A model generated the notes under the pieces. It made no database searches, was not told where the DNA came from, and saw only the letters and a list, made by a program, of their open reading frames with translations. The position numbers and the translations under genes were made by a program. A stretch of DNA of 42,934 bases, taken from the NCBI GenBank assembly GCA_035297365.1, contig DATGZA010000056.1, positions 1 through 42,934 of the forward strand, given 5' to 3'. This DNA is from Nitrososphaeraceae archaeon (GTDB lineage: Archaea; Thermoproteota; Nitrososphaeria; Nitrososphaerales; Nitrososphaeraceae). Positions 30,985 through 40,005 of this stretch are shown here, piece after piece (position 1 is the stretch's first letter; each line of letters starts with the position of its first letter).

Positions 30985-31794
30985 TGATTTTTTATTTTCA
31001 TAGGATTTGTCATTATTTAAAATAACTTCTGCATCTTTAATTGTAGGTTCTGTTTGTTTAACAGTATTTAATAGGTTCATAGATTTTATCTTTTTAAGCA
31101 AAATTTCAAGAACACTTTTTGCTAATTCTAATGTATCTTCATCCGTGATTTTGATACTACCTATACCTTTGGCGGATAAAACACCAAATTCATTTTCCAA
31201 TCGTTCATCGGGATAGTGAATAGACGAATCAATAGTAAATTGTTGATTTTGCATAATCTGTTTATTATTATATTCGTCAGTGTTATAGCTTTTCTGTTTA
31301 TTTTGTTCAAGTATCTCATCAGGAATTATTGATATATCTTCCAGATACCATTCTCTTATTTGCTTTTCTTTCTTTTCTATTTCTAACGGTTCAGCATTTG
31401 TTATATTACGTAATTGAGAAAATAAACTATCAGGTATGTTCTTTTGTATCCTATCATAGAGTTTTTTCCACAATTGTACATTGAATATTGCCTGTTTTTG
31501 GATACTTGATTCCTTGACTTTTTCTGGGAATAGAATATCTTTTCCAAGTTCTTCAATTTTATATTTGCCTCTTGAGATTGAACTAATAAGACCGTAAATC
31601 TCCATACTATATATTTTTCTTGGTAAGCCACTGGAGGTAGGTGATGCATATTTCAAATATCTCGCAACATCTTGCATAGTAAAGTCACGATTTCCAATAT
31701 TATTTTCATAAATTTCTCTCAAATCAGGAATTAGATTTAGAAACCTTATCATTGGTATTTCATAAGTTCCTATTTGAAATCTCTCTGAAGGCAT
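30970..31794 (-). CDS. IS passenger protein, probable N-terminal winged-helix domain
   Basis: DVARYLKY..PTSSG.....SMEIYGLI.....GKYKIEELG resembles a wHTH; stop codon lies inside the inner inverted repeat. Confidence 0.75.
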   Translation of the reverse strand: MPSERFQIGTYEIPMIRFLNLIPDLREIYENNIGNRDFTMQDVARYLKYASPTSSGLPRKIYSMEIYGLISSISRGKYKIEELGKDILFPEKVKESSIQKQAIFNVQLWKKLYDRIQKNIPDSLFSQLRNITNAEPLEIEKKEKQIREWYLEDISIIPDEILEQNKQKSYNTDEYNNKQIMQNQQFTIDSSIHYPDERLENEFGVLSAKGIGSIKITDEDTLELAKSVLEILLKKIKSMNLLNTVKQTEPTIKDAEVILNNDKSYENKKSSPEG

Positions 31795-31862
31795 TTACTT
31801 AGAATACGTAATTCATCCTAATAAGTTTACTTATTTTGATAGAAATTATAAGTATAATATGC

Positions 31863-31919
31863 ATACGTGAAAAAGTTTAAAAAACGTAAAAGTTAAATAA
31901 TATACGTTATATAAGTTAT
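31863..31919. promoter_or_regulatory. Divergent promoter region with three ~20-bp spaced ACGT...AAGTT repeats and a TATA-like box (TTATATAA, 31907-31914)
   Basis: ACGT at 31865, 31884 and 31904, each followed by AAGTT. Confidence 0.4.
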
Positions 31920-31926
31920 CTGAGAT

Positions 31927-32004
31927 AGAAACTCCTCGGCATAGTGCTCCGTTGGGCTGTCAACTCGGACGGATGCTGTGTAAGTCAGCACGAGGAGACC
32001 TTCT
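31927..32004 (+). ncRNA. Putative structured RNA (four-way junction, tRNA-like geometry) upstream of the transposase
   Basis: CTCCTCG/CGAGGAG closing stem, GCA/TGC, TCCGT/ACGGA and TGCTG/CAGCA arms; 39 of 66 bases are G+C, within AT-rich flanks. Confidence 0.6.
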
Positions 32005-32083
32005 GTTTTGCAACAAAAGATGAAAGTCAAATGATATATACGTAAACCCAACTATTAAGTTTTCTCTTAGAGAAAGCAAAGGA

Positions 32084-33160
32084 TTGGCAATTGCCAATTC
32101 CAATAGTCATATATCAAGAATTGATGACCATTCTTACAAGGTAAAATCTCAATCATCCAATAATCAATATGATGTATTTTCTACAGAATCAGGATGGTCT
32201 TGTTCTTGCCTTGATAATACATACAGAAAGGTAACCTGTAAGCATATTTTTGCCGTTCAGTTCAGTCTTAATCTTAGAAAGGAAGTTCAATCTACCTTAA
32301 CAATTGAACAATTAGACACTTTATCATGTATTTTCTGCCATTCAGAACATTTTGTCAAAGATGCAGTTAGACATAACAAATATGGAGATATTCAACGATA
32401 TCTTTGTAAAGATTGTGGTAAAAGATTTTCATTTAATGTTGGATTTGAAAATATGCGGGCAACTCCACAGATAATTACATCTGCTATGCAATTATACTTT
32501 AGTGGAGAATCATTCAGGAACGCAAGAAATTTCTTAAAGTTACAAGGAGTTAACGTTAGTCATGTTGCAGTTTACAAGTGGATTAAGAAATATGTTAATC
32601 TGATGGACAAGTATCTTGAAAAAATTACTCCAAATGTTTCTACTGTCTGGAGAACTGATGAACTATACCTGAAAGTAAAAGGTAATAAAAAATACCTTTT
32701 TGCTTTAATGGATGATGAAACAAGGTTCTGGATTTCTCAACAGGTAGCAGATAAAAAGAATACAAGTGATGTTAGACCATTATTCAAAGAAGGTAAAGAA
32801 ATAGCACAGAAAAGACCTAGTGTATTGATTAGTGACGGAGCACCTAATTTTCATGACGCCTACAAGAAAGAATATTTCACATTGAAAAATCCGAGAACAA
32901 AACACATCAGATATATCAGGTTACAAGGAGATAACAATAACAATAAACAAGAACGTTTCAACGGTGAAATTCGTGACCGTGAAAAGACAATGAGAGGCTT
33001 GAAAACAGTTCACACATCCATATTGAAAGGGTATCAGATTTATCACAACTATATTAGAGAACATGAAGGCTTGAACGGACAAACACCTGCCGAAAAATGT
33101 GCAATTACTATTGAAGGAAATGATAAATGGAGAACGATAATTGAAAATGCAAAAAAATAA
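32084..33160 (+). CDS. IS6-family DDE transposase with N-terminal SWIM finger and zinc ribbon
   Basis: CSC...CKH (SWIM), CIFC...CKDC, HTH, WRTDELYLKV, LISDG and NNKQERFNG; frame is open from 32024, so the true start is uncertain. Confidence 0.92.
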   Translation: MAIANSNSHISRIDDHSYKVKSQSSNNQYDVFSTESGWSCSCLDNTYRKVTCKHIFAVQFSLNLRKEVQSTLTIEQLDTLSCIFCHSEHFVKDAVRHNKYGDIQRYLCKDCGKRFSFNVGFENMRATPQIITSAMQLYFSGESFRNARNFLKLQGVNVSHVAVYKWIKKYVNLMDKYLEKITPNVSTVWRTDELYLKVKGNKKYLFALMDDETRFWISQQVADKKNTSDVRPLFKEGKEIAQKRPSVLISDGAPNFHDAYKKEYFTLKNPRTKHIRYIRLQGDNNNNKQERFNGEIRDREKTMRGLKTVHTSILKGYQIYHNYIREHEGLNGQTPAEKCAITIEGNDKWRTIIENAKK

Positions 33161-33229
33161 CACTACAAATCATGGTCTACGACATTATCGAATTTTCGAT
33201 TCTAACGTAGTAGGAGGTGAAAGAAAGTA

Positions 33230-33292
33230 ATGAGTTGTTCATGCAGAAGAGTAAGAGTTCGACGACATTTCAGGCGAGTTTGTAGACGTTAA
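33230..33292 (+). CDS. 20-aa Arg/Cys-rich peptide MSCSCRRVRVRRHFRRVCRR
   Basis: Perfect SD GGAGGTGA (33213-33220) 9 nt upstream of the ATG; strongly biased composition (9 Arg, 3 Cys). Confidence 0.55.
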   Translation: MSCSCRRVRVRRHFRRVCRR

Positions 33293-33308
33293 ACCGACCT
33301 CCTAACTA

Positions 33309-33347
33309 ATTGAAGCCCTAAACTTCAATAACCCCACTTATTTTTTT
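33309..33347 (+). terminator. Hairpin (ATTGAAG/CTTCAAT) followed by a T7 tract; likely end of the peptide transcript
   Basis: Inverted repeat at about 33309-33329 and TTTTTTT at 33341-33347. Confidence 0.4.
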
Positions 33348-33412
33348 AGATATATTAACTATATTCTCAGCTAAATTTGTTTCGTTAAGGTATAATATTT
33401 TATATTCAATTG

Positions 33413-33471
33413 TCACCCGAAGGTTAACACCTTGAAGATTTTCACTTGTCGCCTAACAAGTTAACAGAACC
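33413..33471 (-). repeat. Right bipartite inverted end of the IS6 element
   Basis: TCACCCGAAGGTTAAC (33413-33428) + 20 bp + TCGCCTAACAAGTTAACAGAACC (33449-33471). Confidence 0.93.
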
Positions 33472-33518
33472 AATTAAAGATTTCTTTTTATTATGCCCCA
33501 GATAAATAGCAATTTTAG

Positions 33519-34808
33519 TTGAAAAAAGTATATCATGACGTTAATGATAGTCTCACAAATCTTTCCGAGATGAATTTTGAAGTTTCTAATAATCAAAAAA
33601 ATTTTCTTGAAAGAGTAGACAAAGTATGTAAATCATTAAGATTAAATGAAGAAAAGTCTTATCTGAGAGGATCAATAAACGAAAAACTGATTCCAGAATT
33701 TAGTAAAATAGGCATGTTGGGTTGTCCTATCTCGAAGAGATTTGGTGGATTGGGATATGATATTTTGACTTATTTACTTGCATTAGAGAGGATAGGTCAA
33801 GAAGGAAGCTCTATGAGGACTTTTTTTTCATGTCATACCTCTATTGGACAGTTGGTCCTACAAATGTGGTCAAATAACGAACAAAAAAGAAGATATCTCC
33901 CAAACACAACAAAGGGTAAAGCGGTTATGGCCTTTGCGCTAACAGAGCCAGAAGCAGGAAGTGATCCGTCCTTAATAAAAACTAGCTTTGAGGATAAAGG
34001 AGATCATTATTTGATTCATGGAAAAAAACATTGGATCGGAAATGGTACATTTGCTAAAATTATAACAACGTATGCAAAAGAAAAGGGAAACAGTAGCTCA
34101 AATATCTCTGCGTTCATTATAGACATGGATTCTTCACATATTAAAAAAAGAGAGATCAAAAATAAAATGGGTTTATTGACTGTTAAAAATGCAATAATAG
34201 AATTTGATAAATGCAAGATCCCTAAAGATAATCTATTGGGGATTCAAGGTCAAGGGTTAAGCATAGCATTTAGCGCCCTGATAGATGGTCGGTTGAGTGT
34301 TGCTGCAGGAGCGATTGGAGTCATGACTGATTGCCTACAGCAAGTGGTAGAATATTCAAAAAAAAGATATCAACACGGTTCTCTTCTAGCAAACAAACAG
34401 TTAATTCAACGACATATAGCTAAAATTGCAATTTCGATAGAAACTACTAAATGGGTTACCTACCGTGCAGCCATAGCCAAACAAAAACTCAATGATTATA
34501 TCGAATCTCTAAAACAACATGATGAAAAATGGATAATGAAATTAAATAGAAATAACAAAATTTATTCGGGCTTGAGAAGAGAAAGTGACAAATTGGCAGC
34601 GATGGCCAAACATTATGCAACAAACTCATCTTTCGATGTTGCAAATAGATCTGTTCAAATTTTTGGTTCTGAAGGATATAAGAAAACCTCAAGAGTGGCC
34701 AGACATTTTCTAGATTCCAGAGCCACTACAATATACGAAGGCCCAAATGAAGTGATAGAGTTAAAGATAGCATCTGAAATATTGGGAAGTAATTTCAACG
34801 CATATTAA
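33519..34808 (+). CDS. Acyl-CoA dehydrogenase family protein
   Basis: FALTEPEAGSD, GKKHWIGNG, QIFG..GY and TIYEG.NEV; ATG at 33570 is an alternative start. Confidence 0.93.
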   Translation: MKKVYHDVNDSLTNLSEMNFEVSNNQKNFLERVDKVCKSLRLNEEKSYLRGSINEKLIPEFSKIGMLGCPISKRFGGLGYDILTYLLALERIGQEGSSMRTFFSCHTSIGQLVLQMWSNNEQKRRYLPNTTKGKAVMAFALTEPEAGSDPSLIKTSFEDKGDHYLIHGKKHWIGNGTFAKIITTYAKEKGNSSSNISAFIIDMDSSHIKKREIKNKMGLLTVKNAIIEFDKCKIPKDNLLGIQGQGLSIAFSALIDGRLSVAAGAIGVMTDCLQQVVEYSKKRYQHGSLLANKQLIQRHIAKIAISIETTKWVTYRAAIAKQKLNDYIESLKQHDEKWIMKLNRNNKIYSGLRRESDKLAAMAKHYATNSSFDVANRSVQIFGSEGYKKTSRVARHFLDSRATTIYEGPNEVIELKIASEILGSNFNAY

Positions 34809-34935
34809 ATGAAAAGCAATCTGGTAGTCAATAACCAAAAATAATATTCTTAATTTTATTAATAATTTCTGTATTTATGTTTAATATTTTATAAGCATAT
34901 TATAAAAATTGAAATCTAAAGTTTAGAAAAAGAAA

Positions 34936-35799
34936 TTATTTCCTGATAGACGCAAGTATTTCTTTTAACAATCTTGCTGAAAAATTTGCAGTAACATCGT
35001 TTACATCATAAGAAGGCGACAATTCGACGATATCACAACCGATAACACTTTTCTTTTCAAGAATTTTCTTAACAAGATATGTCAATTCTAATGTAGATAA
35101 TCCACATGGAGTTGGAACAGATATGCCTGGAGCAAATGCAGGATCTAAACAGTCAAGATCTATTGAGATATATATGTCATTATCAATCGACTTATCGATA
35201 CATGTATCAGAAATTTTTTTTAGTGTTTTTTTAATTCCTATTTCTTGGATTTCTAGTGGATTAATAATAACAGCTTTATGTTCCTTCAGATTACACATCT
35301 CTTCTGGTTCGCATGCCCTTGTTCCAATAAAAATACTTGTCCTAATATTAATAAAATCAATCGAATCACTCACAACTGATCCATAATAATCTTTTACCGA
35401 AGTAACGAAATCAGGATGAGCGTCAAAATATATTAAATTAATTTTTTTGTTTGTATATTTTCCTATTGCTTTTATCGTAGAAGAAGTTATTGAATGATCA
35501 CCTCCAATGACAATTGGAATTTTATTTTGTAATAAGACATCGGAAACAATGTCATAGAGTTGATCTCTTTTTATATTACCCAGATCAAATATTTTTTTAT
35601 TATCTATTCGTCCTTTCATGGGAAGAATTGGAATTTTTTTTCCTGATCTTTTAAAATTTTCTGAGTGTTCAAATGCCTTACGCAAGGCATTAGGTCCATT
35701 ACGAGCGCCCTTTCTTGGAGCTTTAGATTTTGATTCATCGGGAACCCCTATGACAACGATATCAGCATCAGAAAAAGATTTGACGTTTGAACAACCCAT
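34936..35799 (-). CDS. Ureohydrolase (agmatinase/arginase family)
   Basis: GGDHS, DAHPD, SIDLDCLDPAFAPG and DIVELSP motifs. Confidence 0.92.
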   Translation of the reverse strand: MGCSNVKSFSDADIVVIGVPDESKSKAPRKGARNGPNALRKAFEHSENFKRSGKKIPILPMKGRIDNKKIFDLGNIKRDQLYDIVSDVLLQNKIPIVIGGDHSITSSTIKAIGKYTNKKINLIYFDAHPDFVTSVKDYYGSVVSDSIDFINIRTSIFIGTRACEPEEMCNLKEHKAVIINPLEIQEIGIKKTLKKISDTCIDKSIDNDIYISIDLDCLDPAFAPGISVPTPCGLSTLELTYLVKKILEKKSVIGCDIVELSPSYDVNDVTANFSARLLKEILASIRK

Positions 35800-37124
35800 A
35801 TAAATCAGATTCTAATAGGATAATAAACTTTATTTCAATGTTTTTTTGCGAGTGGAAAAGTCTACGTGCAAGTATTATTTTTTCTAAAATGCACATATTT
35901 ACTATAATCTAGATTTATCAAAATATTTTGAAATCATCATATCAAAAAGAACAAAAATAATTTTAACTTTTATTAAGATATATACTAGATTTTTGTGCAA
36001 CAAGAAGCGATATTGTTAAAGATTGTGAGACTAATGGTATTTCTCGATATCCGTTCTCGGTTCTTCGCCGGTATTTTCTGTTATGACTATAGCAAAATCG
36101 TTCTATTCTAGGGAGATGTAGTAATACTATTACCCAATAATTTTCATCAACAATACTGCTTGTAATTTGTGGGCCTAGTATAACTCGATAAACATGTCAG
36201 TTCATTTACTGGATCTAGAATTATTTCTATTAATTCTTAAAATACAACAAGTACATAGTTCATAATAGTATATTCTTTTTTGAAAATCTAATCACCATTC
36301 AGATCGTTTTTCAAGTCTTCGGAAGGAAATACAATTTCCCATTCTGTTTTCGTTAATATTCCTTTTAAACCTCCAGATAAGATGTTAAATATCATATTCT
36401 CGAAACATACCCCGAATAGTTGTTTAAATTAAATGTACAATCGAAGTTAAATACAGGTCTTACTGATGGCTTGGTCATAAGACATCATATGTCAGTACTA
36501 AAATCTCATCCTAAATCGTAGGTTAAGACTATTGTATCTTGTTGTCAAAACAATGTATGAATGTCAATATTTTTCACAAGATGTTTATTTTAAAAAATAC
36601 AAACAAATAATTCCAATGTATTGTTTGATTTTACTCTTCTAGTCGATAAGGTAATTAATACTCTATTTCTTCGCGATACTGCATGTAATAGTTTTTATAA
36701 TGAATGATTGGATTTGTATACACATACACATTTACTAAATTAACATTCGTTATCCTAACTATGAAAAAAATAGATTAATGTTGTACATATTTATTCTAAA
36801 ATTGTGGCGAAATCATATTTGAAAAATTACATGGTCTTTAGAAACTATACTACCTAACATAATTTCATATACAGATTACTCTTATCACAATATTTTTTTT
36901 TTGGTGGTTGAAGATGATGATTTTTTAAATTTCAAGGATTTAGAAAAGTCTCAACCAGTATGTCATTAGATATTTGTATTTAGGAGGTAAAATTTTTAAC
37001 ATACAAAAATTACATCAAATCTACACTAACAATCAATTGAGGCTTCTATAAAATGTGTATAGTCAGCAGTATTACTATTAGAAAAGTATATTTTATTTAC
37101 AATGTTATAATTTATTGATAACGA

Positions 37125-37670
37125 TTGATGTCTAAAGAAAATGTCAACAAAGCACGAGAAAAAAGTATCAATAAAGATTATTTTCGGGGAGATGTAAAAA
37201 TGATTGAGATTCTACATAATGAAAACTCATCTGAATACGAAATGTACCATGTTTTTTTCATAAATAACGCTATAACTACTATTCATTACCATGAAACCGA
37301 ACAAATTCTTATTGGTACAAAAGGGAGAGGGATAGTATGTACTTTAAAAGAAAATTTTGTAGAAAATATTTCGAAACCTGAGAAAGTCTTTATAATAGAA
37401 GAAGGGGATGTTGTTAGTATTCCTGCATACGTGTTTCATTTCCATGGATCATTTTCTGAGAAAGAATTTTCACATATAGCGTTCAGAAGTAGAAGAATGT
37501 TAAATTCAGAGGGAAAAATAGTTGAGGCTAAAAATCTGTGGGAGGTAGATTTCCTGGAAAAAACATTCGGACCAAACAAAACAAGTGTTAAAGAGATTAC
37601 CAGACAAATTGACAATGATATAGCAAAGTTGATTAGAAATTTAAAGGAAAAATATGTATTTGAAATGTAA
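37125..37670 (+). CDS. Cupin-domain protein
   Basis: HYH...Q.L....G.G and GDVV.IPA...HFHG cupin motifs. Confidence 0.85.
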   Translation: MMSKENVNKAREKSINKDYFRGDVKMIEILHNENSSEYEMYHVFFINNAITTIHYHETEQILIGTKGRGIVCTLKENFVENISKPEKVFIIEEGDVVSIPAYVFHFHGSFSEKEFSHIAFRSRRMLNSEGKIVEAKNLWEVDFLEKTFGPNKTSVKEITRQIDNDIAKLIRNLKEKYVFEM

Positions 37671-37710
37671 TATAATAAAATTAAAGAAATTAAATACGAT
37701 TATGTTCATC

Positions 37711-38277
37711 CTACCTTAGATCACTTAGAGATGAGAAAGAATCAGAAGAGAACTTATTTTTGGAATAAATAAAAAAATTTTTAACTTCTTTTTTGTAAAG
37801 ATAATAGATTATTAAACTGTTTATTATGATAGTAAAGATATTTCCTCCAAAAATAGCTAAGCTATCATCAATTACATTTACCATGTTTAAAACTGTAGAG
37901 GCTATTAAAATTATAATTACATTGATCAATATTCCCATGACAGCTATGATAATTGTCATTTTACGGGCCCATGATCTTGCTCTTAATAATCCATATGCTA
38001 TAAAGAAATGAATCAGTGAAAATACTACAAGTAATGTTCCCACAAAATAAAGAAAATAATCAAAATTTTCCATAACTGTTTCAAAATCTTCTCTAGAAAA
38101 TGAGGTATTCGAGCTTTGAGTATCGAATCCACCTAAAGTAGAATTCACTAGATCGGTTCTTGAATTAAAATTTGATGTGATGACGAAACTTGATAAACCA
38201 CTAAAAAGAAGTAATGATCCATTAATTATCATCAGGATTGCGATAATTGTAACACCTAACGGTCTTTTGACATGCAT
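37711..38277 (-). CDS. Four-TM membrane protein (RPxGVTIIA type)
   Basis: RPLGVTIIAIL, GL.....WAR and YYL....VK..F; four hydrophobic segments. Confidence 0.8.
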   Translation of the reverse strand: MHVKRPLGVTIIAILMIINGSLLLFSGLSSFVITSNFNSRTDLVNSTLGGFDTQSSNTSFSREDFETVMENFDYFLYFVGTLLVVFSLIHFFIAYGLLRARSWARKMTIIIAVMGILINVIIILIASTVLNMVNVIDDSLAIFGGNIFTIIINSLIIYYLYKKEVKNFFIYSKNKFSSDSFSSLSDLR

Positions 38278-38340
38278 TTATCTTAAAATATTATTAACAG
38301 CCTAATAAGTATAAAAAAGTTCAAAAATCTAATGAAAACA

Positions 38341-39918
38341 TCAAGAAACCATTGTCTGACTTTGTTCTCTCATAAATTGAGACAGATAATATCTTCCGCC
38401 AGTTCCCTTCCCCGAAGTCCCTGAATTCTTCCAGCCACCAAACGATTGTTGTCCGACCATGGCTCCTGTAGTAGCACTTTTTTCTCTATTAATATATAGA
38501 ACTCCAGATTCGATGTTTCTTAAAAATACATCGACTTCATTCTTATTTTTTGAATATATCCCCGCGGTAAGTCCGTATTCAGAACTATTGGCTAGATCTA
38601 GAGCTTGTTCAAAATTATTAAATTCGTTAATACACAAAATTGGTAAAAATAACTCTTTTTTGATAAGCATATTATTTTCAGATATTCCATCTACAATTGT
38701 AGGCTGTACGTAATAACCATATTTTAGATCTCCTTCTTCAATTATTGACCCTCCATACAATATTTTTCCTTTTTTTGACACATTTTTTATGTACTTCTTA
38801 AAATTTGAATATGCTTCAGAATTAATTACTGGACCAATATCAGAATTTCTATCAACAGGATTTGACACTTGGATCTTTTCAACATGTTTTATTAACTTGT
38901 TAAGAAAGGCCTGTTTTACTTTTTTATGAACATAAACTCGCGAGCATGCACTACATTTTTGTCCTGAATACGAAAAGGCTGCTTTAGCAATCCCGTTTAC
39001 GGCTTTATCTAAATCAGCACTTTCTGCAACAATAGCTGGATTCTTTCCTCCAAGTTCTGCAATTATTGGACGGGATGCGATCTTTGATGATTCTTGAAGA
39101 ATATGATTTCCGACATATTTGGAACCAGTAAATACAATTCCAGAAATCTTTTTATTGTCTACTATAAAATCACCAATTTCTCTTCCTTCTCCTGTTATAA
39201 AATTTAAAACTCCCGGGGGCAATCCAGCGCTTAATAAAATTTCCACTATCTTGTACCCGATTATGGGAGTATTACTGGCTGGTTTGACTACCGCTGTATT
39301 TCCTGTAATTATTGCACCAATAGTCATACCGACAAAAATAGCTGCTGGAAAATTAAAAGGAGAAATTATTCCCCAAACACCGTATGGTTTCATTATACTG
39401 ATATTCTTTTCATTTTTTTTTGATACTAAATTTTTTGCTTTGAAACCATTATTCATTTTCATTTCAAAACAATAAAAGTTTATGAAATCTATTGCTTCAT
39501 CTACATCAGCAACTGCCTCATATCTATTCTTTCCATTTTCCAAAGTCAATAACGCAGCCAATTCAAATTTCCTATCACTGATGTCTTTAACTGCTTTCTT
39601 AAGTATCTCAATTCTTTCTCGATAATCAAAATTTCTCCATTTTTCAAAAGATAAATATGAGGAATCAATAGCCTTATCGACTTCCACTGATGTTGTTCTT
39701 GATATATATCCCAGGATCATCCTTGTGTCAACAGGAGATATGTGTTTATATTTCGACTTTGTAAATATTTTCTTGTTATCAATAATTATCGGAAAAACAT
39801 TATTACAGCCAATTTTTTTTTTTATCATCTCAATGGCGTTATCAAATTTCTTGTGAAATTTATTTTCTTGGCCTTTGTAAAGAAAGGATTCATATGTTTG
39901 TTCATTGACAAATTTCAT
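38341..39918 (-). CDS. Aldehyde dehydrogenase, 1-pyrroline-5-carboxylate dehydrogenase-like
   Basis: ISPFNFP, FTGS, AELGGKN, GQKCSACSR, YGLTAG and TGAMVG.Q.FGG typical of RocA/PruA. Confidence 0.88.
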   Translation of the reverse strand: MKFVNEQTYESFLYKGQENKFHKKFDNAIEMIKKKIGCNNVFPIIIDNKKIFTKSKYKHISPVDTRMILGYISRTTSVEVDKAIDSSYLSFEKWRNFDYRERIEILKKAVKDISDRKFELAALLTLENGKNRYEAVADVDEAIDFINFYCFEMKMNNGFKAKNLVSKKNEKNISIMKPYGVWGIISPFNFPAAIFVGMTIGAIITGNTAVVKPASNTPIIGYKIVEILLSAGLPPGVLNFITGEGREIGDFIVDNKKISGIVFTGSKYVGNHILQESSKIASRPIIAELGGKNPAIVAESADLDKAVNGIAKAAFSYSGQKCSACSRVYVHKKVKQAFLNKLIKHVEKIQVSNPVDRNSDIGPVINSEAYSNFKKYIKNVSKKGKILYGGSIIEEGDLKYGYYVQPTIVDGISENNMLIKKELFLPILCINEFNNFEQALDLANSSEYGLTAGIYSKNKNEVDVFLRNIESGVLYINREKSATTGAMVGQQSFGGWKNSGTSGKGTGGRYYLSQFMREQSQTMVS

Positions 39919-40005
39919 ACAAATAGTATGTAATAGCCCATTATTAAATAATTTAATAAATAAATAATATTAAGATGGTAATAATATTTAATTATAATTA
40001 TCTGA

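Larger units (their letters stand above)
30926..33471. mobile_element. Complete IS6-family element with passenger gene (2546 bp)
   Basis: Perfect 23-bp terminal inverted repeats GGTTCTGTTAACTTGTTAGGCGA (30926-30948 / 33449-33471), 8-bp direct repeat AATTAAAG (30918-30925 / 33472-33479) and an IS6-type DDE transposase inside. Confidence 0.93.

Noticed and set aside
31932-32000. Canonical tRNA gene or hammerhead ribozyme
   Set aside because: Lacks the TTCRA T-loop, D-arm GG and a 7-nt anticodon loop; no CTGANGA/GAAA core on either strand. Kept only as a tRNA-like structure.
35820-37120. 1.3-kb gap with coding-like fragments near 36040-36420
   Set aside because: Multiple stops, and no identifiable family, repeat or RNA structure.
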